The position numbers and the translations under genes were made by a program. A stretch of 64,000 nt of DNA, taken from IMG/VR virus record IMGVR_UViG_3300005805_000044, one strand, 5' to 3'. The DNA is from a virus. Of this stretch, positions 10,514 to 19,961 are shown piece after piece (the stretch's first letter is position 1; every line of letters begins with the position of its first letter). The notes below the pieces were generated by a model that was not told the origin of the DNA, did no database searches, and was given only the letters and a program-made list of their open reading frames with translations.

Positions 10514-11005
10514 TTAGTATTGAAGGATACAGTAGTCAGGTTGAATGGTCAAGTTGATTTTCATTGCTTCACCATCATTGCTCCAGTCTAGTGAGTTAAA
10601 TGATGCTTCAGTGATGAATGCTCCCTTGAGGGTCCATTCTTCAACCTTATCACCAACTGGACCTAGAACGTTGACGGTCAAGTCTTTCTTGTAAAAGTCT
10701 TGATAACCATCACGACCAGTTACAGATTCGTGGTGTAGACGAACCCATTCCATTACAGCTTGAGCACCACTTGGAACAATTGGATCATATAGTTCCATTG
10801 TGATTGTTCCCCAAATGCTCTTGCCTTTGTAGAAGGTTCTGATGTTGATGTGATCAAGTTCTTTTGCAGCTTGAGTTATCTTTGGACGGTCTGTCTTCTT
10901 GATAATAAATGAAGGAATGCCGTCACAATACAAGATAAAGCGATTTTGAACCTTTGGCTCAAACGCTGTGTAAAATATTTCCGATGGATTTAGTAGTTCT
11001 GCCAT
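10514..11005 (-). CDS. Tail tube protein (T4 gp19-like)
   Basis: 163 aa; FEPKVQNRF, KGKSIWGTITMELYDP, EEWTLKGAF; SD-like AGGA upstream. Confidence 0.9.
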   Translation of the reverse strand: MAELLNPSEIFYTAFEPKVQNRFILYCDGIPSFIIKKTDRPKITQAAKELDHINIRTFYKGKSIWGTITMELYDPIVPSGAQAVMEWVRLHHESVTGRDGYQDFYKKDLTVNVLGPVGDKVEEWTLKGAFITEASFNSLDWSNDGEAMKINLTIQPDYCILQY

Positions 11006-11029
11006 AATATTATTCCTTTATGTCCTAGA

Positions 11030-11037
11030 TATAAATA
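11030..11037 (-). promoter_or_regulatory. TATTTATA upstream motif (candidate late promoter of tail tube)
   Basis: 24 nt before ATG 11005. Confidence 0.6.
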
Positions 11038-11066
11038 TGATTAAGATTAAATATTTATGATTTTTT

Positions 11067-12227
11067 TTATATTTTGTTGAGCTCTTTGTCTGTGAGTTTT
11101 GTTATATTAGTTTTGAGTTTATTAACAAAACCACTACTTCTCAAAAGTTTAAAAACAATATTTTCTATACTAAATTCTCCTCCTGAGCTAAGGCCAGTTT
11201 CACGCATATCATACAAACGTTTGACCATAGCTTTGAGTTTTTCAAGATTTTGATCATCTACAGCTTTATTGATCTTTGATACTAAATCTTTATATTTTGT
11301 TTTTACAGTTTCTGTGTCAATTTGTGGAGCTTCATATTTTGGTTTTTTTATCCATTTATTGTTTAATACACTGTAGGATGCTTGACTTCTGGTTTCATGT
11401 CCAACATCTTGAATATAAACTTCTACTGGATGGTTGTTTATTTTTATATCATGTTTGTCATTCCATTGACTTTTATATCCATCTACCAGTTTTTGAACCA
11501 GATCTTTATTTTCGTCAATTTTTGAAAAATCAATTGCTATATGTAAATCTATATCGCTAGTTGGTGTCCAGTTATAACCGGCGGTGCTTCCAAGGAACAA
11601 TATGTCTTCAATTGGAGCAGTAAGATCTGTGCTTTTGTAGAATGTTGTAGCAATATTTAACAAACGATCCAATACGTCTGGTTTAATGGCGTCGCCGTCC
11701 CATATGTCAGGGCAAAGTATACTGTTGTAAATTCTAAATGATTGTTTTACCCCAAGTAATTCCTTTAACTTGTTGATGGTATCTGTTGCGTCGGTATGTA
11801 ATATTCCAATACCACCAGCATTTACAAATTCCTCAATATTGTCTTTTCGGTCATCAATTAATATTGCGTTTGGACTTGCAAATTTAGCCTTATCTTCTCT
11901 GTGTGGAACCAGATTCTGTTTAAATGTAACGTTGTGATCTGTTAACCATTTTTCTTTGCCTTGTTTACACTCTGGATCCGTTGCATGACTTAATATTTCA
12001 GTGGGAAACTCTTTGATAAAATTATAGAGTATTTTACCATCACTCATCCACGGCATTGTAGCATAAAAATTTGGACTATGACTTTTTACTAAATTATAAC
12101 GTTGTTCTTTGCCATATTCAGCTTCATATGTTTCAACTGGAACACCGAATGTTTTTTCAAACTGTTTTTCCCAGTCCGTTAAAACGCCGTCCATGTCAAC
12201 GTAAATTTTGTATTTTGATTCTACCAT
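11067..12227 (-). CDS. HAD 5'(3')-nucleotidase fused to a Pol-beta-like nucleotidyltransferase
   Basis: N-terminal YVDMDGVL...LIDD; C-terminal LGS.AGYNW...SDIDLH...VEVY. Confidence 0.8.
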   Translation of the reverse strand: MVESKYKIYVDMDGVLTDWEKQFEKTFGVPVETYEAEYGKEQRYNLVKSHSPNFYATMPWMSDGKILYNFIKEFPTEILSHATDPECKQGKEKWLTDHNVTFKQNLVPHREDKAKFASPNAILIDDRKDNIEEFVNAGGIGILHTDATDTINKLKELLGVKQSFRIYNSILCPDIWDGDAIKPDVLDRLLNIATTFYKSTDLTAPIEDILFLGSTAGYNWTPTSDIDLHIAIDFSKIDENKDLVQKLVDGYKSQWNDKHDIKINNHPVEVYIQDVGHETRSQASYSVLNNKWIKKPKYEAPQIDTETVKTKYKDLVSKINKAVDDQNLEKLKAMVKRLYDMRETGLSSGGEFSIENIVFKLLRSSGFVNKLKTNITKLTDKELNKI

Positions 12228-12241
12228 TTATAATAAATATT

Positions 12242-12577
12242 TTACTTTTTAAGAAATAAACGGTATATTACTCTTCCAAGTTCAGCGCTAAACTTTCTGA
12301 CTTTATACTCTGGTAAATCCCAAAAGAAAGCATGTGTAACCTCTTCGATTAATACATTTAACTTTCTACGAGATAGTAAATGATCACCAATTTCAATACG
12401 TGAGTTTTTTAAATTGGGATTATAACAATATCCATCAGCGGTCGTCAAAGACTTAAAATGTATCGGAATAACTTGTTTTAAGTAAGTTTCTATGCTGAGC
12501 TGCTTACTTTTATCTAATTTTAAGCTGCTGCGCTTGATAGTGCTGCGCTTTTTGCGCTTATTTAATTTTGCATTCAT
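12242..12577 (-). CDS. Small basic protein with a degenerate zincin-like motif
   Basis: DGYC...IEI...LIEEVTHAFFW.LPE resembles HExxH mini-proteases, with E in place of the first H. Confidence 0.4.
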   Translation of the reverse strand: MNAKLNKRKKRSTIKRSSLKLDKSKQLSIETYLKQVIPIHFKSLTTADGYCYNPNLKNSRIEIGDHLLSRRKLNVLIEEVTHAFFWDLPEYKVRKFSAELGRVIYRLFLKK

Positions 12578-12615
12578 AATTTATAAGCATATAAACAGCA
12601 AGGCTTGCTGCGCTT
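12524..12615. repeat. Cluster of (GC)TGCGCTT boxes
   Basis: gctgcgctt at about 12527, 12542 and 12607; tgcgctt at about 12553. Confidence 0.6.
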
Positions 12616-12640
12616 ATACTTTATATATTCAGAATGTCAA
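12613..12640 (-). promoter_or_regulatory. Sigma70-like promoter candidate
   Basis: Minus strand TTGACA-N16-TATAAG upstream of 12577. Confidence 0.4.
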
Positions 12641-12806
12641 CAAATTTTAAACTTATACCAACAGAAATATCCAATTTTATTTTATCAGATTGATATATTT
12701 TGCTGAATAAATCTAAAAAGTCCTCTTCAATTAAAGGCTTTTCTGACGGCTCAATAAGCGAGTCGTAGTATACAGAATCATCATACGGCTCAAATCTAAC
12801 TTTCAC
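12621..12806 (-). CDS. Small acidic hypothetical protein
   Basis: GTG start preceded by the TATTTATA motif (12811-12818); fills the gap between genes. Confidence 0.5.
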   Translation of the reverse strand: MKVRFEPYDDSVYYDSLIEPSEKPLIEEDFLDLFSKIYQSDKIKLDISVGISLKFVDILNI

Positions 12807-12824
12807 ATAATATAAATATGTGAA

Positions 12825-13106
12825 TTATTTAGCAGCAGGCTTAAAAGTTCCGTCTTTTATATTAAGAGTTCCATCGCCATATTTTTGACTCAAGTCTTGA
12901 AGAATCTGTTGTTCTTCTTTTTGAATTTCAGACCACGATTCAAAAATCTTTTTACGAATTTCTTCAACATCTTGCAACTGTTGAGTCAAATCGACTTTGG
13001 CAAGTTCATTTTGACCAAGTTCAAATATTTTTTGTTGATATTTGCCTTGAAGTTGCGCAATTTGTTGCATTTCTGCATCTGTAAATTTTATAACATTATC
13101 ACTCAT
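12825..13106 (-). CDS. Small coiled-coil protein
   Basis: Likely start MSDNV; Gln-rich heptads ending KYGDGTLNIKDGTF. Confidence 0.65.
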   Translation of the reverse strand: MSDNVIKFTDAEMQQIAQLQGKYQQKIFELGQNELAKVDLTQQLQDVEEIRKKIFESWSEIQKEEQQILQDLSQKYGDGTLNIKDGTFKPAAK

Positions 13107-13142
13107 ATACAATATATACTGTCGATCCAACTATTGCCTTTT

Positions 13143-14693
13143 TTATATTGTTTTATCAATTATAGTTTGTAGCTTATCGACATCTTTACGTTCAGCATTA
13201 ATCATATAATAAAAATCATATGATTCTTTATTAAATAACTTTTTAAACAATCCAACTTTGCGATCAACATTGATGTATACTTTGTTGTCTTTAATTTTTT
13301 CAACATAATACACATCAGGTCTACCAATTGGAGTAATGTGAATAGAAATAGAATTTTCATCAACCAACCATGGCCAATAATCTGGCAAATCTATACAAAG
13401 ACTATTTGATCTACCACGAACAAATACACCGTGTTCTGGACCTTCCAACGAAGCATGAACCAATCGTTTGGTCTCGTCTTTTTGGTGATCAATTACGAAT
13501 GATTTTGTAGTAGCGGCAAACGACCCATTAACCTCTAAATTAAATTGTGGATCATCCTTGTTTATACCAACTCTACTACCCGTTACATATAAAACATTTG
13601 TTCCGTCTACTTTACTTACAACCCTAAATGGAGCTGATGAACCACTTGCAATAATTTGACGTTCAACGAGGATGTCACGTCCTACTGTTATATCATTCTC
13701 AGCAACAACATTGTTATTAGCATGAATATCAAGAGAAGTAAGCAAATCACTTACTACGACAGTTCCAGCCATTAAATTGCCAACATCAGCATTACTAGCA
13801 CTTAAACTACCACTCAGAACCAATCCAGAACTTTTATCTTCCCACACTCCGTCAACAGCATTGTAAACCAAAAATGCACCGTTTGATGGAAAAGCACTAC
13901 TACTAATGTTGCTAATTTCATCAATTGTGACTGGTTGTTTAAGATCAACAAATATACCACCATTAGATGAGTCAACAACGGTTATATATCCAATTTTAGC
14001 AACATCTCTAGGAGCAGATGGTTTGATATTTGTAAATGAACCAGAAACAGATGGACTTAAATATAAAACATCACCAGCACTAAAACCTGTGTTGGTATTA
14101 AGGCCTTCAAGATACCCAGTTATTAATATATTACCAACAGATCCATTGAGTATAGAAACATCAGATACAACACCTAAAACATCACTGGTAACAGTTGAAC
14201 CCGGCGTATGTATCTTTGATACAGCAAGATCTACTACCAATTCTCCAGACAAGTTACTTCCAATTACTTGAACTACTTGACCCCTCAACAAACTAAATCC
14301 AGAACCATTTTGAACCTTAACTAATGAAGGATTAGGACCATCACTGCCATTTAAAGCGTAAGAAGCAGTAAGTGAAGTAAGAGCATAACTACTTGTCCCC
14401 AATAATGAACCAGTAAATGATCCACTAATACGGTCAGTTACAAACAAACTACCTGTTATAACCGCGCTACCACTGAAGGGAAACCCCGAACCGCCAGTGC
14501 CACCATTAGAAGCATAAGAAGCACTTAATGCATATGATGCGGATGTAATAACTAAAGATGATGAAGGAATTACAACTGGTAATTTATTCTCGTCAAAAGC
14601 TAACAAAGAAGCGGTCTGTGGACGAATAATTTGTTCAACAAATGAACTACCACTTCTTCTACTTAATAATAAATCCTTTTCGAGAAAAATCAT
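13143..14693 (-). CDS. Fibre/appendage protein with chaperone-like C-terminal domain
   Basis: SASYA repeats; VGINKDDPQFNLEVNGSF; C-terminal KSFVIDH...LVHASLEGPEHGVFVRG...LPDYW. Confidence 0.7.
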   Translation of the reverse strand: MIFLEKDLLLSRRSGSSFVEQIIRPQTASLLAFDENKLPVVIPSSSLVITSASYALSASYASNGGTGGSGFPFSGSAVITGSLFVTDRISGSFTGSLLGTSSYALTSLTASYALNGSDGPNPSLVKVQNGSGFSLLRGQVVQVIGSNLSGELVVDLAVSKIHTPGSTVTSDVLGVVSDVSILNGSVGNILITGYLEGLNTNTGFSAGDVLYLSPSVSGSFTNIKPSAPRDVAKIGYITVVDSSNGGIFVDLKQPVTIDEISNISSSAFPSNGAFLVYNAVDGVWEDKSSGLVLSGSLSASNADVGNLMAGTVVVSDLLTSLDIHANNNVVAENDITVGRDILVERQIIASGSSAPFRVVSKVDGTNVLYVTGSRVGINKDDPQFNLEVNGSFAATTKSFVIDHQKDETKRLVHASLEGPEHGVFVRGRSNSLCIDLPDYWPWLVDENSISIHITPIGRPDVYYVEKIKDNKVYINVDRKVGLFKKLFNKESYDFYYMINAERKDVDKLQTIIDKTI

Positions 14694-14736
14694 ACTTTAG
14701 TCTATTATAAATATGGACAATGATCAATATATTCAA

Positions 14737-16173
14737 TTAAAATGTTTCATCGACCATTGCTATTGGCACTCTTCTCCATTCTTTGTTTGAATATATGTAA
14801 AAATAGTTACCATCGTAGCTCATCCATCCATCTTCACCATAGTCAGTAGATTTGTATGGAACTTGATAATAATACTTCTCTGGAAACCTTTGAAATACTC
14901 TAAAAGCAGTGTTAATTGGTCGAGTTTGGGTGGTATATACAGGATCACCATTACAGTCATATCCACTAATATATGCACCTGAATTTGGGTCAAAATCAAA
15001 TGATGCTATAGCTCTACGTGTCCAACCAAGTGGTGATCTGTATACATAAAAATAATCACTATCATATGACAACCATCCATTTTGACCATAATCGGATGTA
15101 GAAGTTGGCGTAGGATGAAATAATGTTTTTTCAACTTTATTTTTTGCAGTAACCCCAAGATCATTCGGTATAGTTTTTTGTTCAGATACGTATTTGACAC
15201 CAATATTTTTTAAATAAGCATATGGATTTGTTGATTTTGAAGCAGACTCAACATCAAACATCTCAACCGCATTAACAACTTTATCATCAACAACAACTTT
15301 TCTGACAGTAAATGATTTTTGAGTTGTTGATTTAACACCATCAATTGTTTTTGGTAGAAGATAAGCATTTACCACCAGATTAAAAGTAGTTTTTACATTT
15401 CGATCTTCACCGCTGCCTAATTCAACCGTATTAGTATAATCGTCTACTTTTGTTCTAAATCTGAAATCACCCACACCCCAATAATCGTGTGTAGAAAAAT
15501 TAATTTTTTCCAATAATTTATTATTTTGATCAACATAGTCTGTCCACAAAATACATTCATATGTTATGGTGACGTGATCAGGTAAGGTTACATTGTAAAT
15601 TTGTTTGGTTGGTTTGTTTTTAAATGGATTATTTGAGTTAAGTATATTAAATTTATCATACTTATTTTTTTGATCAAACTGGGCAACTACTTGATATGAC
15701 AAATATCTATTTAAAGTCATTAAATCTTTATTGTTACTAACTGTTGCTCGTTTGATCAAAATAGCAGGCAACAATATCTTACCTTGATTGTCACGTAAAT
15801 ACCCATCACGTTTTACCGCTTTCCAACGTTCTGGGCTAGCATAAAGAACAGGAACAGTAACCAAAGAACCGTTATCCATCACAGATAACTGTATTCTTTG
15901 AGTCATATGATTTATTATTGTAGTATCAACATCAATTAACGTGACTGAAAAATTCTCAGTCTTGTCCATATCACGTCTAATTGCATTTTCTTTATGATAT
16001 GGACCCACCAATGGAATAGGAGTTTGTTGGTCTGTAACAAATCCAGTATCCTCATTTTGAACAAAAGGCTTGATAACGTCAGACAGATTTGAATTGTTCT
16101 GTTTGACGTTTGGAGCAGGGTTAATACCAAGTCCATCTTGACTTTTACCAGTTGGATTGCCTTTCCATGCCAT
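14737..16173 (-). CDS. Tail terminator / sheath stabiliser (T4 gp15-like) with a duplicated C-terminal module
   Basis: VPVLYASPERW, ILLPAI, ITYECILWT; follows the two neck genes. Confidence 0.7.
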   Translation of the reverse strand: MAWKGNPTGKSQDGLGINPAPNVKQNNSNLSDVIKPFVQNEDTGFVTDQQTPIPLVGPYHKENAIRRDMDKTENFSVTLIDVDTTIINHMTQRIQLSVMDNGSLVTVPVLYASPERWKAVKRDGYLRDNQGKILLPAILIKRATVSNNKDLMTLNRYLSYQVVAQFDQKNKYDKFNILNSNNPFKNKPTKQIYNVTLPDHVTITYECILWTDYVDQNNKLLEKINFSTHDYWGVGDFRFRTKVDDYTNTVELGSGEDRNVKTTFNLVVNAYLLPKTIDGVKSTTQKSFTVRKVVVDDKVVNAVEMFDVESASKSTNPYAYLKNIGVKYVSEQKTIPNDLGVTAKNKVEKTLFHPTPTSTSDYGQNGWLSYDSDYFYVYRSPLGWTRRAIASFDFDPNSGAYISGYDCNGDPVYTTQTRPINTAFRVFQRFPEKYYYQVPYKSTDYGEDGWMSYDGNYFYIYSNKEWRRVPIAMVDETF

Positions 16174-16176
16174 AAA

Positions 16177-16749
16177 TTATGTCTGCCTTTCTACAACATT
16201 AAGCTTACTTAATCTGCTGTAATGAGTATTACAGATAAAGCTCCAAGACTTGTCTGGATGACCACCTAAAAATTGTTCTTGAACCACATTATCAATTTCG
16301 TAAAAACGTTCATTGTATAACAAAATATCCCCAATTTCTGGGAAAAATCCAGTAATAATACAGTCACGTTCACGAAACTTATAGACTACAGACTGATTAC
16401 GATCTGGACCAAATCCTTGATTATCATCACCCGTAATATCTTCACGTTGAATCAACGCGGTCATGTTAATAGCCGGATAAAATGCTTTGCCAGTTTCCGA
16501 TGTAGATTCACCGTATATATTGACCCTTGTTTCACTAACTGCAACTTTAAACAACTGGACAACACACTCAATAATGTCGCCCAATAATTCAGCATTTACA
16601 GACCCAAGAAGGTTCATATCTCTTTGAGAGAAATATCTACCCGGCAAATAATTGGTTCCATAGATACCAATATCTTTACGACCATTTGTCCAATATTGGG
16701 GAAATGCTGGATTTTGTTGAGGCCATTGCGGTGTAATTGGTGCTGCCAT
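16177..16749 (-). CDS. Neck protein / head closure (T4 gp14-like)
   Basis: NIYGES, FPEIGDILLY..RFYEIDNV; synteny. Confidence 0.7.
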   Translation of the reverse strand: MAAPITPQWPQQNPAFPQYWTNGRKDIGIYGTNYLPGRYFSQRDMNLLGSVNAELLGDIIECVVQLFKVAVSETRVNIYGESTSETGKAFYPAINMTALIQREDITGDDNQGFGPDRNQSVVYKFRERDCIITGFFPEIGDILLYNERFYEIDNVVQEQFLGGHPDKSWSFICNTHYSRLSKLNVVERQT

Positions 16750-16752
16750 ATT

Positions 16753-17988
16753 TTATCCTATGTAGATATGTAATGGAACCTTACCAAGCATTTTTATCAT
16801 CGCATCAGATTCTTTGTCTTTATTTTCAAGTTGATTTACTCTCAAACTTTTATCAAGCATATCTCTTAATTTCTCTAAAAGAGTATCCTTCTCTTCTTTA
16901 GCTTCGGATCTTAATTCGGCACCGTCTAATGTTACTTCACCGCCTGGAATTGGAACTGTGCTATATTTTTGAAGAATACGGCCCAACGTTTCTTTACAAA
17001 GAGCTAAAAAATATTTTTTGATCCACTGTTTACCGGCTTGGTTTATCTTACAATATTGACATAACTGATACGGAGCATCACTTGGGTCACTAATATACTC
17101 ATATCGTGACCCACTAAAAAAGTTAGTAATGTTCTTATCACTCTCAATATAGTAGTCAATATAAATTCTAAAATCATGAGTTGGAATTGGAAATATTCTC
17201 AACATATTATCGCCCGTGATTTGAAAACCATACGCACTTTTACGCACCATATCATTAAATTCAATAGCTTGAACACGCTCTAAATCTTCAAATATCGGTG
17301 TCATCAAAAACTGAGTTGCCGGACTATACGCACTAAATCCCATTTCTTGTAGAACGTTACTGTAACTCATACCAGTCATACTAAACGGATCATATACACG
17401 AGAAATTGCAGGTGGTCTGAAGTGAAATACTCTTCGAACTTCAATACGTGATCCAGTCAAGTGTTCGATATCACTGCCAATGATTTGATTCAAATCAAAC
17501 ACTTGATGACTGTCTTGAGGTCCACCAAAACTTGCAGACCCCGTTGCTAAAAATGAGGCACGTTTAAGTTCTGTTTCGCCACCAACCAACGCTTCACTTC
17601 CATATTGTTTACTTAATTGAACAACAAACGGTAGGCCAGTTCCTTTTACACTCAATCCCAATAAATTAGGATATTGATCTTGTGGTAAGCCTTGAACATT
17701 GATCAAATTATTAACAATATTGAACTCATTTACAACACGATTATACTCCAAAACAGATTCTTCAAAACACGCATAAAAGTTGGCATCAATCATTTCAATA
17801 TCAACGATTGGATATCCTAATCTTTTAGCGGCCCACATCGCACTGCTGCTACAATCATTTTCAAACGTGGTCTCATCAGAATCACAACTCGTCTCGTCCA
17901 GATAGTAACCAAATGGAACGGATGCAGAATTAACTGTTGATCCACTGCCAGGCCACCTTACTCTATCTTGGTCTAAATTAGCACTCAT
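16753..17988 (-). CDS. Neck protein / head-tail adaptor (T4 gp13-like)
   Basis: RLGYPIVDIEM, WIKKYFLALCKETLG, PGGEVTLDG, ends PLHIYIG. Confidence 0.85.
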   Translation of the reverse strand: MSANLDQDRVRWPGSGSTVNSASVPFGYYLDETSCDSDETTFENDCSSSAMWAAKRLGYPIVDIEMIDANFYACFEESVLEYNRVVNEFNIVNNLINVQGLPQDQYPNLLGLSVKGTGLPFVVQLSKQYGSEALVGGETELKRASFLATGSASFGGPQDSHQVFDLNQIIGSDIEHLTGSRIEVRRVFHFRPPAISRVYDPFSMTGMSYSNVLQEMGFSAYSPATQFLMTPIFEDLERVQAIEFNDMVRKSAYGFQITGDNMLRIFPIPTHDFRIYIDYYIESDKNITNFFSGSRYEYISDPSDAPYQLCQYCKINQAGKQWIKKYFLALCKETLGRILQKYSTVPIPGGEVTLDGAELRSEAKEEKDTLLEKLRDMLDKSLRVNQLENKDKESDAMIKMLGKVPLHIYIG

Positions 17989-17992
17989 TAAA

Positions 17993-18000
17993 TATAAATA
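17993..18000 (-). promoter_or_regulatory. TATTTATA upstream motif (neck operon)
   Basis: 4 nt before ATG 17988. Confidence 0.6.
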
Positions 18001-18033
18001 TCGGAATATTCGATATTAGTGCTAAAATCTAAT

Positions 18034-18573
18034 TTATACCAAATTATTACCTTCAAACTTTCGTGGACCACTCAAATCCACAATTTTATACTTAATTGGC
18101 ATATCTTTTATAGTAGCATAAACAGCCTTTATGTTCTTGGGACTATCATCAATAAAGAAGATGTCATTATAACCTTCATTATTAATTTTATCTTTAATCC
18201 AATTAGCTTTAGCCATAGGATCACTGGTTCCAACCGTAACAATGGGTATATTTACCTTAAAATACCTCTGTAAGACGTTTTGTATGTGAGGTTGACTCTC
18301 TGGACCCCTCGCAGTCAAAACGACGGCAAGACGACCGTCTGCCCCCGCATTGACTATTTTATAAAATCTCTTAGCTACGTTGCGAATAACCACCGGATCT
18401 ATGACAGAACTGAACTCAGAGAAATCAAACTTGTCACCCGGCTGTTGTGTATAAACCGCATACTGAGCAGGCGTTAATTTAACCACAGACCCATCTGATT
18501 TGGTCAATATTACTTTGCCACCCGTTTCAAAAAGTGTGTCGTCAAAATCAAATACTCTTAGTTTCTTGGTCAT
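18034..18573 (-). CDS. HAD-superfamily phosphatase (polynucleotide 3'-phosphatase-like)
   Basis: VFDFDDTL, LTARG, K, FIDDS: HAD motifs I-IV. Confidence 0.8.
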   Translation of the reverse strand: MTKKLRVFDFDDTLFETGGKVILTKSDGSVVKLTPAQYAVYTQQPGDKFDFSEFSSVIDPVVIRNVAKRFYKIVNAGADGRLAVVLTARGPESQPHIQNVLQRYFKVNIPIVTVGTSDPMAKANWIKDKINNEGYNDIFFIDDSPKNIKAVYATIKDMPIKYKIVDLSGPRKFEGNNLV

Positions 18574-18701
18574 AGGAATGATTGCGCAATCAACTTATAG
18601 TCAGAAACATATGGTTTTGGTTGTGACTTTTTAACAGCATCCTCCTTCAGTTTTTTTGCCTTGAGAACCTTCTGAAGAGTGTTTTTTACTTTCTCATTCA
18701 T
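18570..18701 (-). CDS. 43-aa basic protein (below the ORF-track cutoff)
   Basis: MNEKVKNTLQKVLKAKKLKEDAVKKSQPKPYVSDYKLIAQSFL*; overlaps both neighbours (ATGA at 18570-18573). Confidence 0.6.
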   Translation of the reverse strand: MNEKVKNTLQKVLKAKKLKEDAVKKSQPKPYVSDYKLIAQSFL

Positions 18702-18963
18702 ACATTTTTGTAATTTTGACCACAAGTTTTCCAGAGCCTTTTATGACTCTGTGATACGTTTCTTTAGGTATAAATATTGAACCCTCCATCAAACACGGAA
18801 GATTATTATCCAATTGAACCTCCCAACCACCGTTATTCTCCACAACCTCAACCAAACGATTTTCTTTGTCCAAATGCCACTCTAATTCATGACTATCTAT
18901 ATCGGAATTAAATTCACGAATATACTGATTATTCCCCAAACTTGTCTCTGTATATGGTCTCAT
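18694..18963 (-). CDS. Small cupin-fold protein
   Basis: EWHLD..R and IFIPKETYHRVIKG motifs. Confidence 0.65.
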   Translation of the reverse strand: MRPYTETSLGNNQYIREFNSDIDSHELEWHLDKENRLVEVVENNGGWEVQLDNNLPCLMEGSIFIPKETYHRVIKGSGKLVVKITKMYE

Positions 18964-19961
18964 ACTCTAAACGAATTTATATAAGTATCAGTATCACGTT
19001 TTAATTCGTCTTCTGGAACATTATCTAAATTATCACCATACTTCTGTAACCAATATTGTTTGATCTTACCCAACATTGGTCCTGGCTTTATATTAAAGTT
19101 TTGCATAATCCAGTCACCACCATATTTAGATTTCACCGGAGTAAATGATTCAATTTCTTTTTGTTTATCCAACAACATCTGATACTTGTCTGGAAATAAC
19201 CGTTTCAAGAAATAGTCTGGGTCACTAATCTGTTTATGTTTATTCAAACCAATCAATGACTTTCTAATATAATCAGCACTAGGTCTACCAGATCTTACAC
19301 GTTTTCTGTCACTATGATTCATAGTCTGACCCTTATAATCATCGCTATCAAACATAGGACTCCTACTGATGAACTTAATTACATCATCATTGTTCTGTAT
19401 ACGGTCATAATCATCCAATACATCACCATAACCAAGTATCTTCAAACCATCTTTTAGATTCTTACTAATTAGTATATCGTGATGTCTACCACTCTTATCT
19501 ACATAAATCTTTTGAAAGCCTGTGGTAGCATACTTGTATCCATTTTGTCTAGCCATTACCCCAAGTATTCCACTCAAATCTCCAAGTGCTAGATACATTC
19601 TTTGTGCTTCAAAGTCTTCGTCATTATCTGAATGTATAAAATCTATATGAACATTCTTGCCTGTATTACTTTTATACAATACACTATAGATATTACCGTT
19701 ACGACTATAATCTATTACTTTATCCCCCAATTGTGATTTTAGAGTATTGGCTACATCACCATTACCAGATACAACCACATCAATATCGCCGTGGTCTGCT
19801 TTAGATGGTAATGCTTTACTCAATTCAAACTTATTGAATTTGTTATTTAACAAACTTTTAAGCTCGTCAAAGATACTATTCATTTCAGCAGTAGACACTC
19901 TACTGGCTCTAGTGCCAAAGAGTTTACCACCTTCAACTAATAGATCCATCAACTTTATCAT
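18960..19961 (-). CDS. Pol-beta-superfamily nucleotidyltransferase with a CCA-adding-enzyme-like C-terminal tail
   Basis: HGDIDVVV plus third acidic residue in VHIDFI; C-terminal GGDWIM...IKPGPMLGKI. Confidence 0.65.
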   Translation of the reverse strand: MIKLMDLLVEGGKLFGTRASRVSTAEMNSIFDELKSLLNNKFNKFELSKALPSKADHGDIDVVVSGNGDVANTLKSQLGDKVIDYSRNGNIYSVLYKSNTGKNVHIDFIHSDNDEDFEAQRMYLALGDLSGILGVMARQNGYKYATTGFQKIYVDKSGRHHDILISKNLKDGLKILGYGDVLDDYDRIQNNDDVIKFISRSPMFDSDDYKGQTMNHSDRKRVRSGRPSADYIRKSLIGLNKHKQISDPDYFLKRLFPDKYQMLLDKQKEIESFTPVKSKYGGDWIMQNFNIKPGPMLGKIKQYWLQKYGDNLDNVPEDELKRDTDTYINSFRV

